DNA of 64,000 bases from Octopus vulgaris (GCA_951406725.2 OX597830.1:13888001-13952000); one strand, 5' to 3'. Numbered from the stretch's first letter, positions 1 to 15,177 are shown. Notes: generated by a model not told the origin, from the sequence alone. Numbers and translations: made by a program.

Positions 1-814
1 AAAATCATCTAGGCTGCAATCGAAAGTGGAAAAAGAGAGAAACAAAAGATTAACAGGGAAAGAAGTTGTGCGACAAATGATAGAAAATAAATTGCGACTG
101 TTAGTCAATTTTGGTCATATTCATTAGCTTATATTTAAAACTAAGTGACGTTAGATGGATATAAATTGGACGAAGGTAAATGAAATCGTAAATTGTGGAT
201 GTTATTTGAAAGCAAATGATCTTTATTGATGTGGAGGAAAATTCAACACTCAGAGTAGAGCCAAAATTTTTACGCAATTCGTGTTGTCTAGGACTTTATT
301 ATAAACTGATTATAGGGGATTCACTTCACGAAATCAGTTGTAATCTAACCTCTTTTTCAAAATTGTGTCCAGCCTGAATTATAAAGGCAAAAATATTTGA
401 GTCTAAAATATTGAGCATCTATTGAGTATCTATAATATAAGTAGGTATTGTCCCATAAATTATAGAAAACAAGGCGTCTCAAATTGTATGAGGTACGTCT
501 TCGTGTACATGAATATCTGTATAATCTTTTATGGAATATAAAGTTATGTTAAAATAGTTGAAAAGTTTTAAAAACTGATCTGAAAGTAAATTCTAAAAAC
601 AGTCAATAACAGTGACATAACGAAACATGTGACTTACTTTAATAATTATATGATTATACAAACGGATCCTGCAAACAACTTTTTGCTATCACACTTGCAA
701 TTATTTTGGCAAATAGAAATAATGAATTGATATGTTTTTAATTAACGGCTGCTACATAGGACCTAGTCCAGAGTTTCGTTACTGTGTATAAAGTTCTTGT
801 TTCCTGCTCTTGCT

Positions 815-1275
815 TGATAGGGCGAGGTCATCCCAGGTTAGTGGTCTCAGAGGCGTCAGCATGCGTAGAACCGACAAAGTCCATCAGCGTTCCCCATCGC
901 TCTTGGTCCAGTGCCAGCCTCTCTACATCCTTCAAGATGACGGATCTTCTTTAATCCATGCGGATCTTCTTTAATCTCGTTCAACCAGCTGATGCGAAGC
1001 CTGCGTCAAACGAGTGCAAGACCCTGGCAGGGTGAATTGGCGTGAGGCAGAGAGCATGTCCATACGAGCGCATGCGACGGATAGCTATTAGATGGGAAAT
1101 TACGAGTTAATATGTACGCGCACGAATTTCTTTGTTTGAAACGTGATGGTGCTGTCTCATGTTCTCGATGGTTCTCTTGGCTCTCCAATCGAAGCCGTCG
1201 ATCCTCTTTGCCACGGTCTTCCTAAGGGGCCACATTTCTGCTCCATAGGAGAGGATCGATGAGTTGTCGATATGG
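815..1275 (-). mobile_element. RTE-clade LINE 3' remnant (decayed)
   Basis: Minus-strand translation gives YGAEMWPLRKTVAKRIDGFDW, YGHAL..HPARVL, SWLNEIKED and DVERLALDQERWGTL..*, the usual RTE ORF C-terminal motif series; frameshifted. Confidence 0.7.
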
Positions 1276-2228
1276 AGCTTCGTCTTCCGAGAAATAGAAC
1301 AGTGGCGCCAAAGGAGCTTCCATATGGGGTGCCTGACTCTGGCGGCCAGGCCATAGGCGGAATAAACCCGTCTAGATATTGCAAATTTATAGGAAGTTAT
1401 CGAGAAAGGTAGAATAGTCTAGCTATGATATATTTTATTAGTTAGAAAGGGGTGGAAGTGTATAAGAGAGATTTGTGAATGCCAAAGAGGGGCATCAACG
1501 TCTTATTACTTTAAAAATGCCAACTCCTATTTATGATCTACTTTCTATGCTGTGAAATACTCCTATGTCAGGTGGAAATGTCTCGCGTACATTGAAATGG
1601 TGGCTACTTCACAAGTCAAAGAGTGTTACTATCGCTAATGTTTATGCGAAAGCATTTCCTTACATCATGATTCTTAAGAAGAAAGAAAGTGATTGACTAA
1701 AACCTGCAGCGCATGCTTACATTTGATGCTAAGTAGCAAAGAACTGAAAACCAAACTAGATATTAATCGAAATATTGTTTCTTAAATCATAAGATAATCC
1801 CGCTCAGGTGCCAGGCTTCAATATGATTTTCAATGGATTGATCAATAACAGAGCGTAAGGAAGTTTAACCATTTGCTTGATCAGTGTACTACTTGATACT
1901 CAGGACATATGGTTATAACTCACTGGAGTTTATGCATCACATATGATATATATACATTGGTTTTAGCTACCAGAGTGACTTGGGACTAATGAAATGAAAG
2001 TTTATATTATTCAGAATATATGGAACAAGGGCTAATTATAAGTTTGAAAACAAGCATGGACATTTGAGACAAAATTATGAAAAGGAATTTGGACAAGCAG
2101 AGGGTTTAATGACGGCACTCTGTTATGTATAGGGAAAAGTCGTGTAGCTATGGTTTCAAAGTAAAATTGTTTTATATGTTATAAGTTTAGAAAGTATGTA
2201 TATCGTAACGTCTCATAAATCCACTAGT

Positions 2229-2232
<4 letters not shown>

Positions 2233-2277
<45 letters not shown>

Positions 2278-2650
2278 AATATATAAGAAATCATCTATAT
2301 ACAAGTCATTATTTTCGATGTAAACGGAATCTTTTATTATTTCAAATAGAAGATTTCAATAGAATATATTTAATGTAAGAAAGAGGCAGAGGGAGGGAAA
2401 AAGAGGGTTGTGAGAGAAATATCTAAAGTAGGAAGTTTAAAAGAAAGCATTAGAGAATAGAAGAGAAACAGAGATAGAATTTCAGAAACGAAGAAAAACA
2501 AATGACTTTATGCAATGTATCAAATTATTTATAAATAATATTTGCAATGAAGAGAAAAGGAAATGTCAGGAATAAAGATGAAGATATGTTAGAATCTTTA
2601 TCAGGAAATATAAAATACAATATAAACATGTATATACTCAAGCAAGTGTA

Positions 2651-2701
<51 letters not shown>

Positions 2702-2820
2702 TCACTGGCATGCATATATATATGTGTGCGTGTATATATATATATATATATGCAGGTATGTATGTATGCTTGTGTGTATGTTGGCATGTTCGTTTGTATG
2801 TATGTATGTACGTGTGTGTA
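2233..2820. repeat. (TA)n and (TATG)n microsatellite clusters
   Basis: Long TA runs at ~2233-2276 and ~2656-2750, followed by degenerate TATG. Confidence 0.95.
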
Positions 2821-3307
2821 ACTTTTGCTCATACACGCGTACATATTTAAGTGCATAGACTATCGTTGAGCTACGAATGTTGCTAATATACACCTTGCTA
2901 ACATATTTGAAATCGCTTGTGGCAAAGAGTGATTAACAAATGATGTATTTATGTTGATGATAGTATGAACCTTTTTAGCTGCCGGCCAACTTACGCAATA
3001 TTCTAACTACTGTCAATTACCCATACACATACATACTCAAGCACTGACGCATACGCACCTGCTTACGTATAAATACGAAGCAAACACACACAAATACGAG
3101 ATACTCTCATTTATAGATGTACATTAGCTAAATCAGTGCTTTTTCCTGTTTATACTTTACAGCAAATAGACAAAAACTACGGAACAGAAGGAGGTTGGAT
3201 CATTGTACTCTGTAGTTTAAAATATTCGTTTACTTCAAACATATTAATATTTATGCAGAATACACTTTTGCTAATTTTCTATAGTGTATTATTATCATCA
3301 GATGTCT

Positions 3308-3340
3308 TGTTGTTGTTGTTATTATTATTATTATTATTAA

Positions 3341-3392
<52 letters not shown>

Positions 3393-3500
3393 ACTGTTGT
3401 TGTTGTTGATATTGTTATCATTATTCTAGTAGTAGTAGTAGTAGTAGTAGTAGTATTAATGCTGATGGTGGTTGTGGTAGTTGTGGTGGTGGAGGTTATT
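3308..3500. repeat. Compound trinucleotide microsatellite (GTT/TTA/GTA/GGT)
   Basis: Directly visible. Confidence 0.95.
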
Positions 3501-4668
3501 GATGTTGTTGCATTTTCCTGGAGAATGATATCTAAGAAATTCAAAAATGTTATTTTGAACAAACAGAAAAGTGCAATCTACGAAGATTGTGTGGGTGAAA
3601 GAAAATAAATTAATTTTAAACAGAAGCATAACATTTATTACAATCGTGTTTCAAGAGAACGAGGAAGATACAGTTTTAGTGGTCAAGGTTTTGTTCAACA
3701 ATGAAGAAAAAAATAAAGGAAAAAATGAGCAAGAAATAGATAAAACAATACTTAGCAGCAAATATGAAAGAAAAACAAAACAAGTCACAAATAGAAAAAA
3801 AAATCCAAGAAGATAAAGAAAAAATGCAAATAAGTTTCCGTGTTGATGAAAACATTTGATAATATCAATATGATTGTTACTAAAAAGAAATTGATTTGAC
3901 TGACGCAGAAAGCTAAATTATAAATAGTGTGTCATGGTTGTTTATTGTTTGTATTAATGAGACCATATACCATTCTCGGAAACCCGCCACCTCCAGACAC
4001 ACTCATGCACATAAAATAAAAATATATATAGAAATACATCTGTGTGCCTGTGTGTGTCTCTCACTCGCTCTCTTACATATATACACACACACACAATACG
4101 AGAATTTTAATGGAGATAAAGTTCCAGTATATAGTACAACTGTTTTTTTCGCTCGTATATGAGTTAAAGATTCATAAAATTTGGTATAAGATAAAAAATT
4201 CAGATATTAGTCTTAAACATTCAGACAAACAAATTCATATTTCAGACGTATGACATGAGATATTATTCCATTCAAATAACCACATATTTATATTAAGACA
4301 TAGATGATAAAAATATAGAAATATAAGAATATAAATATAAAAACTACTATATGGAGTACCATGAAAGTAGAAAATATAGTTAGAATAGACTAAAGGAGGT
4401 GATTGAAAGAATCAGGCCAAACCTACGGCCGTTTCAGAAAAGTTTTAAGGGAAATAAATAGGAAATAATCCAAATTCAACTCCCTGTATAAAAAACATTT
4501 CCTTCCTCAGGGTTCCTTTCTCGTGGTAAAATGCAGTAAGGCACTACATGGTGAAATTTCAATTGGTCTTTGAGTATCGAATGGATCAATAAGAATAGAA
4601 ATATAAATCACAAAATTAAACCGGACGAATATAATCATTTGTATACAATGATTAAATAAGAAATTAAG

Positions 4669-5246
4669 AGGGTTGATGGGTGAGCTTTTCGTCAATCTTG
4701 TAAATAATAGCCTATTGGAATATTCCATTTTGTATTGATATATTTGTTAACCATACTATTATAACAGAGCGGTAATTCAAGATAAAAGATTTTTATGTAA
4801 GTATTCTTAGGATCTAATCCAGATCATATTAAAAAAATGAAAGTTGCTAAATATTTATGCTTACAACATACTAAGATATCTGTAATTTTATTTAATAATA
4901 TGTTTTTATTTCAATTACTAACATATAGTATGCTACTCGATTCCTTTATGCAAAGCCTAAAATAATTTGTATTCGTGTTATATGATGTTGATTCAGTAAT
5001 TATCGACTACCTTAAATTATACTCAATGTATAATAACTATTTAGCAACTTAAAAACTTTTTAAACTTTAAAATTTAATAAAAATTTTAGAATATAACCTG
5101 AATTAGATCTTATGAATATTTATATACAAATCTTATCTTACAGCTCTATTATAGTAGTATGGTTTATAAAAATATGTCAATACAGAATGGAATATTCCAA
5201 TAGGCTATTATTTACATGATTAACTAAAAGCTCATCCGTCAATCCT
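4669..5246. repeat. ~580 bp fold-back (inverted-repeat) element, MITE-like
   Basis: 4669-4860 is the diverged reverse complement of ~5030-5246 (e.g. AATGGAATATTCCAATAGGCTATTATTTACA on both strands; TATTTAGCAACTT). Confidence 0.8.
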
Positions 5247-5342
5247 TATATGTCCTGGAGTTTTTGAGATATTTTTTGCCATGTTTAATAAGGTGAGAGT
5301 TGTTAAAGTTGATTTATTCCTTGTTTGAAGCATTGTGTTATC

Positions 5343-7570
5343 AATTCCCCCGCAGGGTGGGGAATTACTACGAACTGTGTCGGAAAAAAATTAATATTTT
5401 TGTGCGGCGATAAGCGAGTTAAAATTTTTGTGGTTGGCGTGTGTGCCATTGTGCATCATGGAATCCAGTGAAGAGTCCCCCACGCTCTCACCAGTAACTC
5501 CGGTTTTGTCAGCAGTATCTCCGGGAGTATCACCAGTTGTAAAAAGAAGCTAGGAAGTCTCCTGAAAAAGACAAAAATTGTTTTAAAAAGAAATGTTGAC
5601 GTGCAAAGTTTGAAAAGGGATGAGCCAGTTTTAAGTCTTACAGAAAAGAAAAGTGTTGCGGTTGTAGCAGGAGGGAAATAAAGAAGATACGAACGGAAAA
5701 AGACGAACTAGAAAAATATAAGCAAATGCTAAATAATGAAGGAACTCAAGTTAAAATTTTGCCACCGGAAAAATTAATGGAAGAATAAAAACGAAACAAT
5801 ATTATATAAGACGTTTAATTTGAAGAACAAAAGAATTGACAGAATGTAAGAAGAAACTATTGAGAAATGCTTGAAAATGATATGGAAAGACAGTGAGTAC
5901 ATTACCAGTGGTAAAAATTCGGTACTGAAGTAAGACTGGTGGGTGAAGAAAAGGCACAGAACCATGCCATCGAAACTCCTAACACAGAAGTGGTCCTGCT
6001 CTCAATGTATATGGGGAGGCGGACCTCGAAAGTACGAATTGAAAGAATCCCACCGGAATTGGACGCAACTTGGTTGGTGCCGGCGGTGACAATCGACTTG
6101 GAGAAGATTACTCATCCAAGCGTCACAGAGAAGCAAAACTGGCAAGGCCTGACGTTAAATATCATTTTACAAACAGAACCGCAAACACTGAAAGAAATCC
6201 CCGAATCAATTGAAATAGGAGAAGAAAACCTTATCGTGTTTGTGGAAGGCTGCAAACCGTGGTGTTTTAACTACGGCAAGCTGGGGCATATACGTGAGGA
6301 GTACGACCCGCCTCCAGAAGAAGAAGAGGAGGAGGAAGAAAAAACAAAAGCAGAAAGCAGTAGCCAAGCAGGCAGTAAGAGAAAAAACACCCAACTGCCC
6401 TACGAAAAGCAGCAGGAACTGACAAAAAACAGCAGCAAGGAGGAAGAAGACAGATGAAGAAAACTTGGTAGCCGTCAAAAGGGATAATAGTGAATTAATA
6501 AATCGTTTGAAAGTCATACAGATTTCCAAACGAATGAACGAACTGTCAGACAATTACTTAAACTAGGATATATACTAAATAGACTAAAAAAACCCCACAG
6601 AATATTAAGTAATGACTTTCCAAAAGATGTTGGCCCTCTACGTAAGGACTTTGCATCTACAATTTTTGAGGGTCCACCTGCTCCAATCCCACGAACCCGG
6701 AAAAAAGAAGACGAGGTCGAGTCTTCTCCACCTTCCACCACGAGATCTGGGGCCAAGAGATCTGCTCCCGTGCTGAACGGCTCCGACAAATTTATTTCTC
6801 CAGGTTGACCGGCTGGCGGGATTAGGGTGTTGATCCTATTAAAAAGAACCTGGGTTTCAGAGAAAAAGATAATTTTTTTTCTGCAGAAGGTAGGCTGGTT
6901 GTTATGGACTTGAAATTCAGTTGTGGCAATACGATCAGGCTGGTTGCGATTTATGCACCCCATTCCGATCAAAGTGAGTATTTTCGTGACCTAGAGAAGT
7001 TTCTGGGTACGTCACATCTACTAGTTTTGTTAGGAGACTTTAACACAATCCGCGATGCACGTGTAGACTGTGTTGGCTCGAGAACAGACGAGACAAGTAA
7101 TTTTGGCTTTTAGGAAGTGATAAGTCGTTTTCAGCTGGCAGATCCATATAGGATGGAAGACCCGAACGCTCCAATGTGGACATCGTCAAATAGCGACGGG
7201 TCTTCCAAGTCATACATAAATAAGTTTTTAATTAGAAATGCAGATAAGAACTTAGCTAAGTATCCACAGGTTTATCCGGTCAGCTACAGTGATCAGAAGT
7301 TGGTCACTTGTAAGCTGAACCTAGATCAGGTACATAGTCAAAGATCTGGTTACTGGAAACTCAATACGTCCCTTTTGGCGATGCGATTGAGAAGTACAGA
7401 AAGCAGATTAAGTTGTTAATAAGAGGGCATTAACAGGAGCCATCATTAATAACAAATGGTAATATGCCTTCAAGCGAGCCATTAAATTTGAGTCTATTAG
7501 ATATAGCATAGGTTTAGTGGCTTGTGAATGTAAGAAGGAACAGGGTTTAGTTTAGGAATTAGAGGAAGCC
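5343..7570 (+). mobile_element. Tx1/L1-clade LINE, 5' half only (ORF1 + APE endonuclease remnant, no RT)
   Basis: ORF1 remnant with degenerate CCHC knuckle (CFNYGKLGHIREEY); downstream APE motifs GRLVVMD, IRLVAIYAP, LLGDFN, WTSS..SYINKF, SDQK, GYWKLN; stops and frameshifts; ends abruptly near 7570. Confidence 0.85.
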
Positions 7571-8061
7571 AAAATTTAAAGCTACCATTTCATTTAGGAC
7601 ACACACAAACATACATGCCCACCCACCTCTAATTATATAATACTCAGGGGTGTGGAATATTCCTTGACGATATTAATGCGTCTAATCATAGGAAATGTAA
7701 GTATTCTTGTGCAGTTATGATTGAACATTATACTGGAAATCAGTAATTATGTAATTTTTAGACGAGTATATACTCGCCTTGGTTTTCTTTCCATATAATT
7801 CTTATTATAATCATAATGATTTGCAGTGATGGGATATTTCGTCATGCAACCATAATATACTGTATGTTAAACGTTTTTATGAGTCAATGTCGTTTCCTTC
7901 CGTGTTAGCAGTGCTCTTTACATAACTTGTTAAGGTTATTTCCATAGATAGTCTATAGAAATGATAGAAATTTTCTATAGAATAAGTGGTGGCAACGTTT
8001 CTATAGAATATCTGCACAGATAACCTTGTTTGATTGTTTTTTTCCTTCTCTAGCCATGCTA

Positions 8062-8290
8062 TTGGCATATAGGTTCCCCACCTGGACGGGACGCCGGTCC
8101 GTCGCAGGTGAGCTGCAAGATGCAGGAGGAAAGAGTGAGAGAAAGTTGTGGCGAAAGAGTCAGCAGAAGTTCGCCATTACCTTCTGCTTCAGCCGCGTGG
8201 AGCTTAGGTGTTTTGCTCATAAACACACACATCGCCCGGTCTGAGATTCGAACCGGCGAATCCTCTAGCCACTAAGCCATTTGCCTCCAC
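8062..8290 (-). mobile_element. tRNA-derived SINE (family C', shares head/body with 42163-42545)
   Basis: Minus strand: TGGCTTAGTGG A-box, GGTTCGAATCTC B-box, AGACCGGGCG..AAAACACCTAAGCTCCACG..CAACTTTCTCTCACTCTT shared with the 42.2 kb SINE. Confidence 0.8.
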
Positions 8291-8392
8291 AGAGATAACC
8301 ATAACAAGTTATAATGGATATTTATAAATGACATTTTGTAGAAATGTTTTCAAGTGTGTAGACGACATAATCTTTTATCGTATACCTAAGAC

Positions 8393-8534
8393 CGTGCTTG
8401 GGCACCGCCTTGAACAAATCGACCACAGGGCTTATTTCTTAAGACTAGTCTTTGTTCTATCGGTGTCTTTTGCCGAACCGCTAAGTTGCGGCAACATAAA
8501 CACACCAACACCTGTTGCCAAGTGGTGGATGGAA

Positions 8535-8579
<45 letters not shown>

Positions 8580-8851
8580 TATATATATATACTTCTAATA
8601 TAGGATTAAATTTTTTTTTTAATATTTCATCAAGTGGCCAGCATATTAAAATACCTTTTAAGGTGAAATTTATAAACAATTATAAATAAAGGCAAAGGGA
8701 GAAAAATTTCTATGTCAATATGCTGAGAAATAAACTTTAAATCGTATGTGGTGATTGACGATTTGAAGCCTATTTCTCAACATATTGGCATAGAATTTTT
8801 TCTTCTTTTGCCCTTATTTATAATTATATATATACATACGTACATACACAC

Positions 8852-8928
<77 letters not shown>

Positions 8929-9308
8929 GTCTACTTTCAGTTTCCGTCTATCAATTCACTCACAAGGCTTTGGCAGGTCCGAGGCGAGCTGGCAGAAACG
9001 TTAGCACGCCGGGTGAAATGCGTAGCCGTATTTCGTCTGCCGTCACGTTCTGAGTTCAAATTCCGCCGAGGTCGACTATGCCTTTCATCCTTTCGGGGTC
9101 GATGAATTAAGTACCAGTTACGCACTGGGGTCGATGTAATCGACTTAATCCGTTTGTCTGTCCTTTTTTGTCCCCTCTGTGTTTAGCCCCTTGTGGGTAG
9201 TAAAGAAATATATAGTAGAGGAATCTTGCCCAAGATTCCACGCAGTGGGATTGAAACTCTAACCCTGTAGTTGGGAGGCAAACGCCTTATCACACACTCA
9301 CACCTCCA
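8393..9308 (-). mobile_element. tRNA-derived SINE family B copy, interrupted by microsatellites and a family A SINE
   Basis: Segments 8393-8535, 8930-8982 and 9211-9308 match the reverse complement of the full copy at 63108-63534. Confidence 0.8.
8983..9210 (+). mobile_element. SINE family A, full length
   Basis: GGCGAGCTGGCAGAAACGTTAGCACGCC...GAGTTCAAATTCC (B-box)...AAGTACCAGTTACGCACTGGGGTCGAT...GTAAAGAAATA; near-identical copies at 21.4, 32.7, 41.7 and 54.8 kb. Confidence 0.9.
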
Positions 9309-9796
9309 CCTAAAAGTATTTACATATATGTATGTATGCATATGTATATAAATGTACTAAGAAAAAGAAAGCGAGAGGGAGAAAGAGAGAGACGGAGGCA
9401 GAGAGACGGAGAAAGAGAGATGGGCAGAGAGACGGAGGGAGAGAGAGGAGGAGAGAGAAAGGGATTAATCTGGTAAATGTGTGAGAGTAAACTTCCATAA
9501 TATAAAATCAACGCGGAGAGTAACTTTGTTTTCGGTTTTGTTTTTTACATTCTGTCTGTTAACTATGAAATTAGCGAAAGCATATTTACCCCAATTTTGT
9601 GTATATTAATAATGTGTAGACACTCTATTCATATGTAAACGTACTACTTAGATTCTTTCACACACACATCAGCTTATATCTTTCGTCTCACACATGTATA
9701 TATGTTTATATCCGCCACAATTACTCTGTCATTTCCTCCTCCTTTTACTCATTGCATCCTATCAAGAGCTCATTCTACGCCTATTACGTTAAGCAT

Positions 9797-10157
<361 letters not shown>

Positions 10158-11094
10158 TGCGATTGGGTGAGCAAACGAAAGAAAGCCGCTCTGAAAACAT
10201 TTGGTAGGAGTTATATGATTTAATAACAGTTAAACTCAGCTCCACATGACTTTAGGTTTCGTGGGCGCGTAGGACGCCCCGTTTTATTAAAAACCAATAA
10301 TTTTATCTTGATTTCTGAAAAGATGAATACATCCATAAGATAAAACCGTCACATGAAATTGAATCAAATTGTTATTAATACACCCCACACTTATAGAGAT
10401 AGATAGACAGATAGATAAACTGGTAGACAGATGGATATACATGATGTTACTATGAACAAGTTAATTACGGAGGTCACCTTGTTTTCATATTTCTTACGTC
10501 ATGTCCATATTCACAATACTTGTTAGCAGTTAAAGTTGAATACAAGTAGAAAAGTCCCCTTCAGTCCTGTATCTAACAAAGATACAGCGTTTTCTTTGTA
10601 ATTTCCCTGAGATATTAACTTTCTAGAAAATAAACAAAATACTAGATGAAAATTTTTGAAGAAAAGTTAAAACTTTATGATTAAAATGCTGAGAAATGCT
10701 TATTTGAGATAAAAGAAACAAATTGATCGGGTAGTCGGAGGTAGGAATATATTTAGAGCAGCTTCGAATAAAACAATTATCGTAAAGAAATGACTGAAAT
10801 ACCACAACGATAATTTTCGTTGAATCCATTGTATGAAAGGCAAAACAATGATCTCTGTTTCAATGAACGAAATTAAAAAAGAAAAAAAAAAAAAGGAAAA
10901 ATTAGCCTGCGGTAAGTTGAATTTTTTTTTTTCATTCAATATAATAATATATGGAAATTTATTAAAAACCGTTGCATTTAAAATTATTTGTTTTCTACAA
11001 TCGCAGATGAAATCTTTCAGACATATCAAAATTGTTTATCCATACACAAATATAGAAGACAAGTACACACTACATTCATAGATATTATTGCTTA

Positions 11095-11985
<891 letters not shown>

Positions 11986-12849
11986 TATAATTTCATTAGA
12001 TGTAATTTAGTTTTATGAAAACACGAGTGTATATAATATTTTCAGTGATATATAATGAATTATGAATTCTAATGTTTGGTTGCAGTTATCAACATGACAA
12101 TATGTCTGCATATTATCATTTAATGCAGGAAATATTTTACATAATCATCTAAGGAGACTTCACCTCTGAAAGCGGAGTCTATTGAAACAATGAAACAACT
12201 ACAGAAACAAACAAACAAACAGAGAATTTTTCAGTTTTCCTAGTTTCTACGTTTGTATAAAATAATTATATATGTTCTCATAAATATTGATACATTGGAA
12301 TCATTTCAAAAACACAACCAATTTCGTTCTAATAACTTTAGTCTGAAACTTTCGCTTCAGTTTTGAAACACTCCAGATTATTCTTTAAAATTACAAACTA
12401 CTTGATCTTCGTTGGCCACGTTATTGGTGCTAATATTATTTAGCCAAAGATTACCCACGAAAGAAAGGTTTTGGATCAGGCCGTCTCTTAATTTTATGGG
12501 GTGTTGAGAATTTAGGCCTTACTTATATTGTGTCCTCTACTTTTTTAAGATATGGGGCATCATTATGAAGAAATAAGAAATTTGAAGCACATCTAACAAC
12601 TAAAATGGTGCTTTCTCATATTACAATTAGTAGACAGTAGCTTTATTAGTTACATATTTCCAACAAGCCATGTGTTTGTGTGTATTTATAATATAACAAT
12701 ACACACAAACACACACACGTTGTTGTTACTTACAACCTTATGAGCAAAATCTTTGAATCAGCATTACCATCTCTGATGCATCTTTCGAAAAGTTTGACCA
12801 CTTTCTCTATATTTTCCAAATATATTTCGAAAAAGATTTGAGACACAGA

Positions 12850-13075
12850 ATTGGATAATCCCATGCAGCATTTTGAAAACTGGCAATGCACATATTTCAA
12901 AATAACAGTTTAATCCCCAAAATGAAACTGGTACTCACCTTGACATTTTTATACGGTATAAAGCATAGACACTTTATCGTCCGGCAATGAATAAAACTGG
13001 AGCATTTCCATCACCAACAGATCCGTACTATTCTTAAACAATCGTGATAGGATCAATTACAACCGTTGGAAAAAC
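12850..13075 (+). mobile_element. Old RTE LINE fragment (left piece; right piece at ~15335-15480)
   Basis: TLTFLYG...LEHFHHQQIRTIL resembles RTE TLLYG..LERFHQR.LR.IL; highly decayed. Confidence 0.5.
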
Positions 13076-13079
13076 ATCA

Positions 13080-15160
13080 ACTAAATAACGAAATCAAAGA
13101 GAGGTTATCTTTATTACTTAGGAAAATAACTAGAGATGATGATGGAAAATCCATCAAGATCTAGAAAAGTCGTACATGAAAGAACCTGAAATGGTGAAGA
13201 CACGCGAGATTAAGAAGTTTATGAAGCTCAATGGTCAGTAAATGAAGACTGAAGTCCATCACCCACCTGTGAAAGCAGTAATTAATGTAAGTAGCCGACA
13301 TCTAGAAAGATCTAAAGAAGCAGTACTACATACAGGTCCCAACTTTGCGACAACCATCAAGCGCATTTCATACTTGGACATAATAGCCCCTATTGAAGAG
13401 ACAGCCGTAAAGATACCCAAAGTTCAAGGAGATGAACTAAGGTGGAAAGTGAGACAAGTACTAGAAAAAGCGAAACTTCCCAAACCAAACATCACTAAGG
13501 AAGAAAAGTTCGCTATCAACTGACTACAGAGAGACAATTCCATCATAATACTTCCGGCGGACAAGAGAAATGCTACATTGGTGATGAACAAGTCTGACTA
13601 CTCAGAAAAATTGGCAAGTCTTATAAGTGATGGTAGCCACAGCAAAGTAAAGAAAGATCCAACTCTGAAAACAGAAAGGAAGTTGTCACAGATCTTGAGC
13701 AAGAACAAAGATAACTTTACACCAATGAAGTACAGAAAACTGACACAACACAATAGTAACTACCACACATGTACAGTCTCCCTAAGATTCACAAGGATGG
13801 TATTCCATTAAGACCAATAGTGAGCTGTAGAGGTTCGGCATGTCATCCACTGAGCCACTTCAGCAGGAAAGTCAACATCGTACGTGAAGAATTACACTCA
13901 CTTCTCACAACTGATCAAGGATACCCCCATTGAATCCAACCAGATGGTGAGTCTAGATGAGATAAGTCTGTTCACAAAGGTCCCAACTGGTGATTCAAGA
14001 AAAACTAGTGATAGACACTCATCTAAAAGAACGCACTATTATACCAATAAGAAACCTGATGGAAATGTTGACTTCTGTGTAGAAACTACCTGGACACATA
14101 CGTATATATCGACAAGAAGAGGGTCTGGCTTTGGGTTCGCCATTATCACCGATAATAGCCAATATATCACATGGAATACTTTGAGAATTTGGCTTTAGGA
14201 TCAACACCACTAAAACCAACTCTATGACTGTGATATATTGATGACACCTTTATACTCTGGCCCCACCAGGAAGATGTCCAAGTGCTGTTAGATCATGTGA
14301 ACTCAATAAAGCCGTCCACACAGTTCACAATGGAAAAGGAAAAGGACAATTAGCTAGCATTCCTGGACGTATTAATAACACGCACCAAGAATGGATTCAG
14401 GACATCAGTATACCGCAAGCTGACCTTTACTGCACGATACATCAACTTCAATTCCCACCATCCATACAGTGTAAAGAGAAGGATTGCTCAGTGCCTAAAA
14501 CATCGAGCACAGAATATAAGCAGCGATCGTGATACCCACAACGAAGAAATGATCAAGCTCGGTAACAATCTATTAAACAACAACTACCCCCAAAACATAC
14601 TATCTACTCCAATTATGAAGAAAAGAAAGGAAGAAATCAATAAACTGTCCACAGTCTGTCTACTCTATGTGAAAGGCCTCTCCGAAAAGATACAAAAGAT
14701 ATGCGGCCCATATGACGTCAGGACAGCATTCAAGAGTAATACAATACTTCGCAAATATCTCCTTCGAGTAAAACCACCAATAGAAGAGAATATGTCCAAA
14801 GACTGCGTGTACTCCATCCCATGTAGTTGTGGTAGGTTATAGTATAACCGTTATACAAATGCGAAACATGCCGCCCCCTCAAAATAAGGGTAGAGGAACA
14901 TCGCAAAGCTGTGACATGGGGAGATATTGATAAATCGGGTATAGCTGATCATGTATGGAAAAATGGAGACCACCTCCCCCTGTGGGATGAAGTTAAAATA
15001 ATAGACAGAACACCACTGGAAAATACGAAAACTAAAAGAAGCAGCACATATACTAGGACACAAACAACCTCCTAAGCAGACCGAGTGCAGATACGAGCAG
15101 CATATGGGAACCGGTATTAAGGAAGGATAGAAGAATATTAGATTTATAAGCCCTAAAATT
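13080..15160 (+). mobile_element. Penelope-like element (RT + GIY-YIG endonuclease), pseudogenised
   Basis: Fragments in several frames: INVSSRHL..GPNF, LPADKRNATLVMNK, KIHKDGIPLRPIVS, MVSLDEISLFTKVP, GSPLSP, YIDDTF, AFLDV, VYRK, FNSHHP, YVKGLSEK, CVYSIPCSCG..ETCRPLKIRVEEH, KLKEAAH. Confidence 0.93.
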
Positions 15161-15177
15161 CACTCCATATTGCCCAC

